From the sequence record ON528727: DNA of 64,000 nt. One strand, written 5' to 3'. A model generated the notes under the pieces. The model saw nothing but the letters and a program-made list of their open reading frames with translations, had not been told where the DNA came from and ran no database searches. This document shows, piece by piece, positions 53,501 through 62,965 of this stretch; the stretch's first letter is position 1, and each line of letters opens with the position of its first letter. This DNA is from Shigella phage ESh17. A program made the position numbers and the translations under genes.

Positions 53501-53788
53501 ATGTTTATGACTACTTATTTTGATACTCGTAAAAACTTCTGTGAAGTGGTTTTCTCTAAGGCGCCTAAAGACCTTCCTGCTCATTTGCAACCTACCAGCG
53601 AATCGATTAAAAACTACGTTAATGTAGTATGTCCTTTAGAGTTCCGTACTGTAAATGGGCGCGATACTTTAGCTATCACTAAACTCAATCGTGAAATTGA
53701 CATTGACCCTTCAATTGCGCGCGAAATTAATATCTCTGATATTGGCGGCGGTAATGTTAAATCGCACGGTTTTCAGATGAGGTTCTAA
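53501..53788 (+). CDS. hypothetical protein (95 aa)
   Basis: ORF track. Confidence 0.5.
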   Translation: MFMTTYFDTRKNFCEVVFSKAPKDLPAHLQPTSESIKNYVNVVCPLEFRTVNGRDTLAITKLNREIDIDPSIAREINISDIGGGNVKSHGFQMRF

Positions 53789-53985
53789 TGAAATTCTTTT
53801 TAGGTCAAACTGTTGAATTAAAGGGAGTTGGTATACCTGGATTAATTTCTAAGGTTCTACCTCCATTTAAATGGAGTGGTATTCAAATAAAAGAGGCTTA
53901 TATTGTTTCCTGGGTAGATGGAAATGAAGACCTTCGTATGGGCGATGAATTATCTCCTATTTACGGATTAAAGGAATTAGTATGA
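53788..53985 (+). CDS. hypothetical protein (65 aa)
   Basis: ORF track. Confidence 0.45.
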   Translation: MKFFLGQTVELKGVGIPGLISKVLPPFKWSGIQIKEAYIVSWVDGNEDLRMGDELSPIYGLKELV

Positions 53986-54188
53986 ATATAATTAATAAGA
54001 TTTTTGGAATTCAGTACATTAAGGTCACATATAAAGTAACAGATAAAAATCCATATACTGATGAACACGAAGAACCACGAGTTGAGTCTATTATATTAGA
54101 AAAGGACCCTAACTGGCCAGTTGAATTTCGTCTTCCTTGCTATGGTCATTGGGCTGATGTTGAAATTATAAGCATTGAAAATGTCTGA
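53982..54188 (+). CDS. hypothetical protein (68 aa)
   Basis: ORF track. Confidence 0.45.
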   Translation: MNIINKIFGIQYIKVTYKVTDKNPYTDEHEEPRVESIILEKDPNWPVEFRLPCYGHWADVEIISIENV

Positions 54189-54639
54189 GTTAGAGATTAG
54201 AAGCAATTTTAGGTGGCCATCATGTGCATTAAGTAATTTCGCCCAATGGCCTTTCGTTATGGATGGTATTCAATTTGGAGGTCTTGAAGGATTCCTCCAA
54301 GGGTGCAAGGTGAAAAATGTTGAACAACAACGTCGTATATTTGGGTTATCCGGGCTTGCCGCCCAACAAGCTGGAAGGTCTTATGCTAGAGCTCAGGACC
54401 GTGGGACCCTCTTCTGGCTTGGAGTTCCATTTTCAAGATACTCCCCAGCGTGGAAAGAATTATACACAAATGCATATTTTGAAGCAGCGATCCAAAATAG
54501 GGGCTTTCGCGATGCATTACAAGCCTCGAAAGGAAAAGTTTTGAAGCACAGCATGGCTAGTGGTCTAACAAAAGATGATACAATACTAACCGAAGCTGAA
54601 TTTATTGATGTGTTAAACCTATTAAGAGACTCTCTATGA
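54181..54639 (+). CDS. NADAR (YbiA/DUF1768)-like protein
   Basis: N-terminal LSNF...PF..DG..F...E.F.Q..K pattern typical of NADAR. Confidence 0.6.
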   Translation: MSELEIRSNFRWPSCALSNFAQWPFVMDGIQFGGLEGFLQGCKVKNVEQQRRIFGLSGLAAQQAGRSYARAQDRGTLFWLGVPFSRYSPAWKELYTNAYFEAAIQNRGFRDALQASKGKVLKHSMASGLTKDDTILTEAEFIDVLNLLRDSL

Positions 54640-55499
54640 AGCCTACTATTTTAACTGATATTGATGGAGTATGTTTAAGCTGGCAATCAGGTCTTCCTTA
54701 TTTTGCTCAGAAATATAATCTTCCGTTAGAACATATTTTAAAAATGATCCAAGATGAGAAATTTATTTCTCCAGGTAAACTATTTAATTGTGATGAAGAA
54801 CTTGGCGTCAAGTTAATTGAAAAATACAATCGTTCAGATTTTATTCGTTACTTGTCTCCGTATAAAGATGCTCTGTGTGTAATTAACAAATTAAAAGAAG
54901 ATTATAATTTTGTAGCTGTTACAGCATTGGGTGATTCTATTGACGCTCTGTTGAATCGTCAATTTAATTTGAATGCTCTTTTTCCTGGTGCCTTCTCAGA
55001 AGTAATGATGTGTGGTCATGATTCTTCAAAAGAAGAGTTATTCAAAAAGGCAAAAGAGAAATATAACGTAATTTGTTATATTGACGATCTTGCTCACCAC
55101 TGCGATCATGCGAGTGAAATATTAAATGTTCCGGTTTATTGGATGGCTCGAGGAGAGCGTGACAATATTCCAAAAACTGCGCAGCGAGTTTATACATGGA
55201 ATGATGTAGAAAATAAGCTTTTTTCACCGAAGGAAAATAAAGAAAGTTTTGATAGTGAAAAAGCTATAAAAGATGTAATTGAGAAGATGGTTAAAAACGA
55301 TTCTTTTCGTTGGAACACTACCTGGAGAACTCCTGGATTTAATCCGTATAATCCATATTATACACATCCATATAATCCATATTATACACACCCGTATCAT
55401 ATGAATCCATTCCATACGTGGAGTTATACTAAGCCTGGTGATGCAGGGTATTTTAATAGATTTACTAGTGGTGATAATATTTTCCAAGGAGCATTCTAA
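54636..55499 (+). CDS. HAD-superfamily phosphatase-like protein with C-terminal Pro/Tyr/His repeat
   Basis: Motif I ILTDIDGVC; repeated NPYYTHPY units. Confidence 0.6.
   Translation: MKPTILTDIDGVCLSWQSGLPYFAQKYNLPLEHILKMIQDEKFISPGKLFNCDEELGVKLIEKYNRSDFIRYLSPYKDALCVINKLKEDYNFVAVTALGDSIDALLNRQFNLNALFPGAFSEVMMCGHDSSKEELFKKAKEKYNVICYIDDLAHHCDHASEILNVPVYWMARGERDNIPKTAQRVYTWNDVENKLFSPKENKESFDSEKAIKDVIEKMVKNDSFRWNTTWRTPGFNPYNPYYTHPYNPYYTHPYHMNPFHTWSYTKPGDAGYFNRFTSGDNIFQGAF
55341..55410 (+). repeat. imperfect 24-27 nt tandem repeat inside 54636..55499
   Basis: aatccatattatacacatccatat / aatccatattatacacacccgtatcat. Confidence 0.6.
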
Positions 55500-55768
55500 T
55501 GTTTGTCGTTCACACTATTTATGAAAATGAAGGTAATACTACACGTGATTATGGTCACGTAAATCAATTTTTTAGATGCAATCCAGAATTCCGAGCTCAA
55601 AAAGACGAACGAATTTTTAAAAAATGTGTAGAGCAAGGTTTCATTTATATCAAGCACTGGATGCAAGGAAATAAAGTTAGAACTACATATCATAGGTCTT
55701 TGACTGAGCTTAATGATGAATTGATTTATAATAGAGCTGTAAACCAAACTCTAAAGGATGAACAATGA
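55499..55768 (+). CDS. hypothetical protein (89 aa)
   Basis: ORF track. Confidence 0.5.
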   Translation: MFVVHTIYENEGNTTRDYGHVNQFFRCNPEFRAQKDERIFKKCVEQGFIYIKHWMQGNKVRTTYHRSLTELNDELIYNRAVNQTLKDEQ

Positions 55769-57228
55769 TTCTTAAAATTCTGAACGAAATAGCATCTATT
55801 GGTTCAACTAAGCAGAAGCAAGCAATTCTTGAAAAGAATAAAGATAATGAATTGCTTAAACGAGTATATCGTCTAACTTATTCTCGTGGGTTACAGTATT
55901 ATATCAAGAAATGGCCTAAACCTGGTATTGCTACCCAGAGTTTTGGAATGTTGACTCTTACCGATATGCTTGACTTCATTGAATTCACATTAGCTACTCG
56001 GAAATTGACTGGAAATGCGGCAATTGAAGAATTAACTGGATATATCACCGATGGTAAAAAGGATGATGTTGAAGTTTTGCGTCGGGTGATGATGCGAGAC
56101 CTTGAATGCGGTGCTTCAGTATCTATTGCAAACAAAGTTTGGCCAGGTTTAATTCCTGAACAACCTCAAATGCTGGCAAGTTCTTATGATGAAAAAGGCA
56201 TTAATAAGAATATCAAATTTCCAGCCTTTGCCCAATTAAAAGCTGATGGAGCTCGGTGTTTTGCCGAAGTCAGAGGTGATGAATTAGATGATGTTCGTCT
56301 TTTATCACGAGCTGGTAATGAATATCTAGGATTAGACCTTCTCAAAGAAGAGTTAATCAAAATGACCGCTGAAGCCCGCCAGATTCATCCAGAAGGTGTG
56401 TTAATTGATGGCGAATTGGTATACCATGAGCAAGTTAAAAAGGAGCCAGAAGGCCTAGATTTTCTTTTTGATGCTTATCCTGAAATTAGTAAAGCTAAAG
56501 AATTCGCCGAAGTAGCTGAATCTCGTACTGCATCTAATGGCATCGCCAATAAATCTTTAAAGGGAACCATTTCTGAAAAAGAAGCACAATGCATGAAGTT
56601 TCAGGTCTGGGATTATGTACCGTTGGTAGAAATATACGGTCTTCCGGCGTTTCGTTTAAAATATGATGTACGTTTTTCTAAACTAGAACAAATGACATCA
56701 GGATATGATAAAGTAATTTTAATTGAAAACCAGGTAGTAAATAACCTAGATGAAGCTAAGGTAATTTATAAAAAGTATATTGACCAAGGTCTTGAAGGTA
56801 TTATTCTCAAAAATACCGATGGATTGTGGGAAAATGCTCGTTCAAAAAATCTCTATAAATTTAAAGAAGTAATTGATGTTGATTTAAAAATTGTAGGAAT
56901 TTATCCTCACCGTAAAGACCCTACTAAAGCAGGTGGATTTATTCTTGAATCAGAGTGTGGAAAAATTAAAGTAAATGCTGGTTCAGGCTTAAAAGATAAA
57001 GCTGGTGTAAAATCGCATGAACTTGATCGTACTCGCATTATGGAAAACCAAAATTATTATATTGGAAAAATTCTAGAGTGCGAATGCAACGGTTGGTTAA
57101 AATCTGATGGACGTACTGATTACGTTAAATTATTTCTTCCGATTGCGATTCGTTTACGTGAAGATAAAACTAAAGCTAATACATTCGAGGATGTATTTGG
57201 TGATTTTCATGAGGTAACTGGTCTATGA
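55765..57228 (+). CDS. 30: ATP-dependent DNA ligase (gp30)
   Basis: 487 aa; matches remembered T4 DNA ligase; KADGAR adenylation motif. Confidence 0.95.
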   Translation: MILKILNEIASIGSTKQKQAILEKNKDNELLKRVYRLTYSRGLQYYIKKWPKPGIATQSFGMLTLTDMLDFIEFTLATRKLTGNAAIEELTGYITDGKKDDVEVLRRVMMRDLECGASVSIANKVWPGLIPEQPQMLASSYDEKGINKNIKFPAFAQLKADGARCFAEVRGDELDDVRLLSRAGNEYLGLDLLKEELIKMTAEARQIHPEGVLIDGELVYHEQVKKEPEGLDFLFDAYPEISKAKEFAEVAESRTASNGIANKSLKGTISEKEAQCMKFQVWDYVPLVEIYGLPAFRLKYDVRFSKLEQMTSGYDKVILIENQVVNNLDEAKVIYKKYIDQGLEGIILKNTDGLWENARSKNLYKFKEVIDVDLKIVGIYPHRKDPTKAGGFILESECGKIKVNAGSGLKDKAGVKSHELDRTRIMENQNYYIGKILECECNGWLKSDGRTDYVKLFLPIAIRLREDKTKANTFEDVFGDFHEVTGL

Positions 57229-57413
57229 AAGCTTACTTAGAAACAATTGTCATTGCTCAAAAAGAAGGTGGAGATGTTTCTACTTCTGTATCACAAGTCA
57301 TTCTCGAATTTGTAGATGCATATGCTTATAATAAATTCACAGAAACATTTGATGCCTATGAAAAAGGTCCAAAGTTTGAAATATATCGTACTCTCTTACC
57401 ACTAGATTACTAA
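57225..57413 (+). CDS. hypothetical protein (62 aa)
   Basis: ORF track; ATGA coupling to ligase. Confidence 0.45.
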   Translation: MKAYLETIVIAQKEGGDVSTSVSQVILEFVDAYAYNKFTETFDAYEKGPKFEIYRTLLPLDY

Positions 57414-57435
57414 AGGCCTTCGGGCCTTTAATTTT
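57414..57435 (+). terminator. hairpin terminator
   Basis: ggccttcgggcc + tttaatttt. Confidence 0.55.
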
Positions 57436-57465
57436 ATAAATAGAATAAACACTAGAGAGGATATG

Positions 57466-59559
57466 ATGGAACTCATTACAGAATTATTTGACGAAGATAC
57501 TACTCTTCCGATTACAAACTTAAATCCAAAGAAGAAAATACCGCAAATTTTTTCAGTTCATGTTGATGACGCAATTGAACAACCAGGCTTTCGTTTATGT
57601 ACCTATACATCTGGAGGTGATACTAATCGCGATTTAAAGATGGGCGATAAAATGATGCATATTGTTCCTTTTACATTAACTGCTAAAGGTTCAATTGCTA
57701 AATTAAAAGGTCTCGGTCCAAGCCCAATTAATTACATCAATTCAGTTTTTACTGTTGCAATGCAAACGATGCGTCAGTATAAAATTGATGCCTGCATGCT
57801 CCGTATTCTTAAGTCTAAAACTGCTGGTCAAGCTCGTCAAATTCAACTTATTGCTGATAGACTTATCCGCAGTCGTTCAGGTGGCAGATACGTCCTTCTT
57901 AAGGAACTCTGGGATTACGATAAAAAGTATGCATATATTCTTATACATCGCAAAAATGTATCACTAGAAGACATTCCAGGAGTTCCGGAAATTAGTACCG
58001 AGCTCTTTACTAAAGTTGAATCGAAGGTCGGTGATGTTTATATCAATAAAGATACTGGAGCTCAAGTAACTAAAAATGAGGCAATTGCAGCATCTATTGC
58101 GCAAGAAAATGATAAACGTTCTGACCAAGCTGTAATCGTTAAAGTTAAAATTTCACGTAGAGCAATTGCGCAAAGTCAATCATTGGAATCTTCTAGATTT
58201 GAAAGTGAATTATTCCAGAAGTATGAATCTACCGCAGCTAATTTCAATAAACCTGCTACCGCTCCTTTAATTCCCGAAGCAGAAGAAATGAAGCTTGGAA
58301 TTAATTCGTTAGCTTCTAAAACTAAGGCAGCAAAAATTATTGCCGAAGGAACTGCGAATGAACTTCACTATGACTATAAATTCTTTTCAAAAAGTGAGGT
58401 TGATGAAGTTTCAGAAAAAATTAAAGATGTAATTTTTAACGCAATCAAAAATGAACCAACTACTTCAATAAAATGTTTAGAGAAATACGCAGCAGCTGTT
58501 AATAAATTCTTTGAAGAATATAAAGATAATTGGCTTGATAAACATAATAAAACTCGTAAAGGGCAACCAGATGAAGTCTGGGGAGAAATAACTAAAAATG
58601 CATGGAATGCAGCAAAAACTAAATTCCTCAAACGAATGATTTATAGCTTTTCTGGAATTGGTGCTGGTCCAATGATTGATATTACTATTGCCCGTGATGG
58701 TTCTAAATATACTCCATCACAAAAGCGAGGTATTAGAGAATATTGTGGTTCAGGATATACAGACATTAATAATCTTCTTTTAGGTCGTTACAATCCAGAA
58801 CGATATGATGTAATGAGTGAAAAAGAAATTGAATCTGCTATAAATAATTTAGATTCAGCTTTTGAAAATGGTGACCGCATACCGGAAGGCATTACAGTTT
58901 ATCGTGCTCAAAGTATGACTGCTCCTATATACGAAGCACTAGTTAAAAATAAAGTGTTCTATTTCAGAAATTTTGTATCTACTTCTTTAACTCCTATCAT
59001 TTTTGGACGTTTTGGAATTACACATGCTGGTATTGGTCTTTTAGAACCAGAAGCTCGCAATGAATTAACAGTTGATAAAAATGAAGAAGGAATAACTATT
59101 AATCCAAACGAAATAAGAGCGTATAAAGAAAATCCTGAATACGTTAAAGTTCAAATAGGATGGGCAATTGATGGAGCTCATAAAGTTAATGTTGTATATC
59201 CAGGAAGTCTCGGAATAGCAACAGAAGCCGAAGTTATTCTACCGCGCGGATTGATGGTCAAAGTTAATAAAATAACTGATGCTTCTAATAATGACGGAAC
59301 CACGTCTAATAATACAAAACTCATTCAAGCTGAAGTTATGACCACCGAAGAACTCACCGAATCGGTAATTTATGACGGTGACCGTTTAATGGAAACCGGC
59401 GAAGTAGTTGCAATGACAGGTGATATTGAAATAGAAGACAGAGTTGACTTTGCATCATTTGTTTCATCAAATGTTAAACAGAAAGTAGAATCATCTCTTG
59501 GAATTATTGCGTCTTGCATAGATATTACAAACATGCCTTACAAGTTCGTTCAAGGATAA
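57466..59559 (+). CDS. alt: Alt ADP-ribosyltransferase (packaged, injected)
   Basis: About 697 aa from MELITELFDEDTT; matches remembered T4 Alt; R (YRAQ), STS, E-x-E (EAEVILP). Confidence 0.9.
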   Translation: MELITELFDEDTTLPITNLNPKKKIPQIFSVHVDDAIEQPGFRLCTYTSGGDTNRDLKMGDKMMHIVPFTLTAKGSIAKLKGLGPSPINYINSVFTVAMQTMRQYKIDACMLRILKSKTAGQARQIQLIADRLIRSRSGGRYVLLKELWDYDKKYAYILIHRKNVSLEDIPGVPEISTELFTKVESKVGDVYINKDTGAQVTKNEAIAASIAQENDKRSDQAVIVKVKISRRAIAQSQSLESSRFESELFQKYESTAANFNKPATAPLIPEAEEMKLGINSLASKTKAAKIIAEGTANELHYDYKFFSKSEVDEVSEKIKDVIFNAIKNEPTTSIKCLEKYAAAVNKFFEEYKDNWLDKHNKTRKGQPDEVWGEITKNAWNAAKTKFLKRMIYSFSGIGAGPMIDITIARDGSKYTPSQKRGIREYCGSGYTDINNLLLGRYNPERYDVMSEKEIESAINNLDSAFENGDRIPEGITVYRAQSMTAPIYEALVKNKVFYFRNFVSTSLTPIIFGRFGITHAGIGLLEPEARNELTVDKNEEGITINPNEIRAYKENPEYVKVQIGWAIDGAHKVNVVYPGSLGIATEAEVILPRGLMVKVNKITDASNNDGTTSNNTKLIQAEVMTTEELTESVIYDGDRLMETGEVVAMTGDIEIEDRVDFASFVSSNVKQKVESSLGIIASCIDITNMPYKFVQG

Positions 59560-59562
59560 ATC

Positions 59563-61620
59563 ATGGAACTTATTACAGAATTATTTGACGGCGCTTCGGC
59601 GCCGGTTGTTAACTTAAATCCTAAGCATAAAATACCACAAATTTTTGCTATTCAAGCCGGTGAAGAAAGCGTGCTTCCTGGATTTAGATTTTGTACATAC
59701 ACCTCTGGCGGTGATACGAATAAAAACGTTAAGCCAGGCGATAAAATGATGCATATCGTAATGATAGGTGTCAACGAGAAATTATCGCTGGTTAAGCTTA
59801 GAAACTTGGGTGGAAATCCAATTGGCGTCATTAATGCTGTTTTTGATACTGCTCTTCAAACAATGAAACAGTATAAAATTGACGCATGCCTATTCCGCGT
59901 ACTAAAAAGTAAAACAAATGGCGCTGCTCGTCAAATGCAAGTTATTGCTGACCGTTTAGTACGTACTAAAGGAGCAGGTCGATATGTTCTTTTAAAGGAA
60001 ATCTGGGACTATGATAAAAAGTATGCATATATTATGGTTTACCGTAAAAATGCCAATTTAGAAGACATTCCAGGTGTACCTCCTATTTCAACTGAGTTAT
60101 TCACAAAAGTTGAATCGAAGGTCGGTGATGTTTATGTAGATGTTAAAACAGGTAATGCTGTTCCTAAAGCTGTCGCTGTTGCTGCTTCTATTGCTTTAGA
60201 AAATGATAAGCGCACGGATCAAGCTGTTATTCAAAAAACTAAAATTAGTCGTCGATTAGCAGCACAAGCTCAATATTCTACTGTCGATGCTTCACTTCAG
60301 GGTGATAGCTTCGCTGCTAAGAAATATCAAGAGTTTGAATCTAAAGTTCCGGTATATAAAGCAGAAGGTCCGATGAACTCTGGCGTTATCCAGATTGGTT
60401 CAAACTTCAGCAAAGGAGCTATCGGTGGTATGAGGAGTGCTTCTCGTTTTAAATCTAGCGATTATGAACTAGAAAACTTCCGAAATCATATTGCATTGGC
60501 CCATGCACGTTTACGTGATCCATCTATCAAGTTGCAGAGCGATATAACATATCAAGGTTCTCAAGAATATTTAAAGAATAAAGAATTCTTTGATTATAAA
60601 ACTGATAAAATTTTAAGCGATCTTGCTGACATTAATATTTCTAATAGCTTTGATGTTATTAAGAAAATTATTAATGATTTAGTTAAAGGTTCTAAAGCTA
60701 CGCCAGATGAAAAGACAGCTATTATTCAATTTGTCATGAATGGCATTTATAAATTGATTAATGAATCTGCTGCCCAGGCATATGAATATGCAAGCACCGA
60801 AGTAACTCCAAAAGGATTAACTCAGGCTGAGTCTGATGTAATTGAAGATTATTGTGCAGATTCATATGTTGAAATGAACTCGTTCCTCTTGGGTAAACCA
60901 GATTCTACCCGTGAAGAATACATGGAACGAGCTATTAAACACATCGAGACAATGGATTCTGCATTCGCTAAAGGTTCAGTTCTTCCTCCAGGAACTACGC
61001 TTTATCGTGGACAAGAAGTTACTTTTAAAACTTTACGTCATAATATTGAAAACAAAATGTTCTATTTCAAGAACTTTGTATCCACGTCGCTTAAACCAAA
61101 CATCTTCGGTGAGCATGGTAAAAACTATATGGCTCTAGATGATTCCGGTGCAGTATTTTCTGGTGAAGGAGAAGGTTCTGTTGATGCTGAAGATTTAATG
61201 CATATGGGTAGTCACTCTGCTTATGCGAATGAAGACGCTGAAACTAGCGTAGGTATGGTAATTAAAGGGGCTGAGCGAATCAAAGTTATCGTTCCAGGTC
61301 ATTTATCAGGATTTCCATCAGAAGCTGAAGTTATTTTACCGCGTGGAATTTTGCTGAAGATTAATAAAGTGAGCACGTACATGATGAAAGAAACTGCTTA
61401 TAATAAGTATCTAATCGAAGGCACAATCGTTCCTCCTTCTGAACAATTAGAAGAATCGGTATATGATGGCGATCATCTAATGGAAACTGGTGAAGTTCGT
61501 CCAATGGCTGGGTTTAATCAATTCCTTGTAGAAGAATCAAAAGAAGAGGAAAACGAAGTTTCTCAAATCTTGGCTTCTTTGGTTAACATCAACGGAATGT
61601 CTAAAAAGTTCAAGATGTAG
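59563..61620 (+). CDS. Alt-like ADP-ribosyltransferase paralog
   Basis: 685 aa; N-terminus MELITELFDG and ART motifs YRGQ, STS, EAEVILP shared with Alt; central region divergent. Confidence 0.8.
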   Translation: MELITELFDGASAPVVNLNPKHKIPQIFAIQAGEESVLPGFRFCTYTSGGDTNKNVKPGDKMMHIVMIGVNEKLSLVKLRNLGGNPIGVINAVFDTALQTMKQYKIDACLFRVLKSKTNGAARQMQVIADRLVRTKGAGRYVLLKEIWDYDKKYAYIMVYRKNANLEDIPGVPPISTELFTKVESKVGDVYVDVKTGNAVPKAVAVAASIALENDKRTDQAVIQKTKISRRLAAQAQYSTVDASLQGDSFAAKKYQEFESKVPVYKAEGPMNSGVIQIGSNFSKGAIGGMRSASRFKSSDYELENFRNHIALAHARLRDPSIKLQSDITYQGSQEYLKNKEFFDYKTDKILSDLADINISNSFDVIKKIINDLVKGSKATPDEKTAIIQFVMNGIYKLINESAAQAYEYASTEVTPKGLTQAESDVIEDYCADSYVEMNSFLLGKPDSTREEYMERAIKHIETMDSAFAKGSVLPPGTTLYRGQEVTFKTLRHNIENKMFYFKNFVSTSLKPNIFGEHGKNYMALDDSGAVFSGEGEGSVDAEDLMHMGSHSAYANEDAETSVGMVIKGAERIKVIVPGHLSGFPSEAEVILPRGILLKINKVSTYMMKETAYNKYLIEGTIVPPSEQLEESVYDGDHLMETGEVRPMAGFNQFLVEESKEEENEVSQILASLVNINGMSKKFKM

Positions 61621-61680
61621 TTTACAAGTCCCTCGTGTTGTGTTACAATAGTTTTACTGACATAACATGAGGAACACAAA
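61620..61680 (+). promoter_or_regulatory. early-type promoter plus SD-sequestering hairpin (copy 2)
   Basis: Near-identical to 46273..46330. Confidence 0.5.
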
Positions 61681-61971
61681 ATGAAATCTTCTTTACGCTT
61701 TTTAGGTCAAGAACTTGTAGTTGAAGGCGTTATTCCTGCTGATAACGCTTTTAATGAAGCAGTTTATGATGAATTTATCAAAATTTTTGGAACAGATAAA
61801 AAGTTCGGAATTTTTCCTTCTGAAAATTTTTCAAAGCCAGAGCAGACTGAAAGCATTTTCCAAGGTGTAGTAACAGGTAAATTTGAGTCAGAAGCTCCGG
61901 TAAAAATTGAAGTTTATATTGAAGACAGTTTAGTTGCTTCAGTTGCTGCTTTTATTTCATTCCGTAAATAA
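61681..61971 (+). CDS. hypothetical protein (96 aa)
   Basis: ORF track. Confidence 0.5.
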   Translation: MKSSLRFLGQELVVEGVIPADNAFNEAVYDEFIKIFGTDKKFGIFPSENFSKPEQTESIFQGVVTGKFESEAPVKIEVYIEDSLVASVAAFISFRK

Positions 61972-61977
61972 AAATAT

Positions 61978-61995
61978 GGGGACCGAAAGGTCCCC
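61978..61995 (+). terminator. bidirectional hairpin between convergent genes
   Basis: ggggaccgaaaggtcccc between plus-strand ORF and minus-strand gene 54. Confidence 0.55.
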
Positions 61996-61999
61996 ATTG

Positions 62000-62965
62000 T
62001 TATATTGCTCCTAATATTTTACTTTGCGAATTGACAATTCCCGTCATAGTATTAATGTTTGAAATGCTTCCCGCAGTTCCTCCTAATCTACTAAGTCGTG
62101 AAAGCGAATTAGATAGTCCAGTAACACCTCCACTATTTCCGAGAACGCTTTGAATGCCATTTATAGCAGCAGATTCAAGCCACTCAAGCGCAGCTTGTCT
62201 ATCAACCGACCCAGCCTGCATGACTCTATACGCAAAAGTAACATCAAATGTAGTTATTTGGTTATCTCCATCATATGATAGCTCAGGAGCGCTCACTGAC
62301 ACTGGAATGCATCCGGTGAACATCACTGCAGTATGAGGTAATCCATTACGAGCATGAAGATTAACCTGAATATCTGCCTCAACATCTTGTGGCAAAGCAC
62401 GCAGTCCAGTTACTGGGTCTTGAACAGCGTTAACCCAGTCTTGCATTGCACGATAGTTACAAGCTTCTGAATCCATTCTAAATGAAATAACCAAAGGGTC
62501 TAATTCTCTCCCAGTTATACGAATATTAGGAGAGTTATAGTTCCAGTCAGTTTCATAGGATAATCTATTCTCTGGCATTTTTACAGAGTATATCATCAAT
62601 CCAGATGAATTATATGCCATATTAAAGAAGTCAATTAAATATGTACCAACTGTAAATGAACCCAATAAACTTTGAACTGTACGTTGACTCATGGCACCAA
62701 TAAGATATTTACTAACCCCTGATTTTCTTATCAGTTTTTGTGTGCCAGCAGTAATTAGCGTGGTAATTCCCTGATTAATATCGCCTTGAGTCAATCCTAA
62801 CCAATCTGAATTTAGACCCAAGTTATTATAAGAAAAGTTGCTAATTGAACTTATCAACGAAGAGCTTTTAGTTGATGGAGTTGTCGCAAAAACGCAGCTA
62901 AACATATTATTACGTTGAAAATCTGCGTTTATTGCTTGATTATTAAATTCCTCTAAAGAATACAT
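62000..62965 (-). CDS. 54: baseplate protein gp54
   Basis: 321 aa; T4 gp54 size and position. Confidence 0.8.
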   Translation of the reverse strand: MYSLEEFNNQAINADFQRNNMFSCVFATTPSTKSSSLISSISNFSYNNLGLNSDWLGLTQGDINQGITTLITAGTQKLIRKSGVSKYLIGAMSQRTVQSLLGSFTVGTYLIDFFNMAYNSSGLMIYSVKMPENRLSYETDWNYNSPNIRITGRELDPLVISFRMDSEACNYRAMQDWVNAVQDPVTGLRALPQDVEADIQVNLHARNGLPHTAVMFTGCIPVSVSAPELSYDGDNQITTFDVTFAYRVMQAGSVDRQAALEWLESAAINGIQSVLGNSGGVTGLSNSLSRLSRLGGTAGSISNINTMTGIVNSQSKILGAI

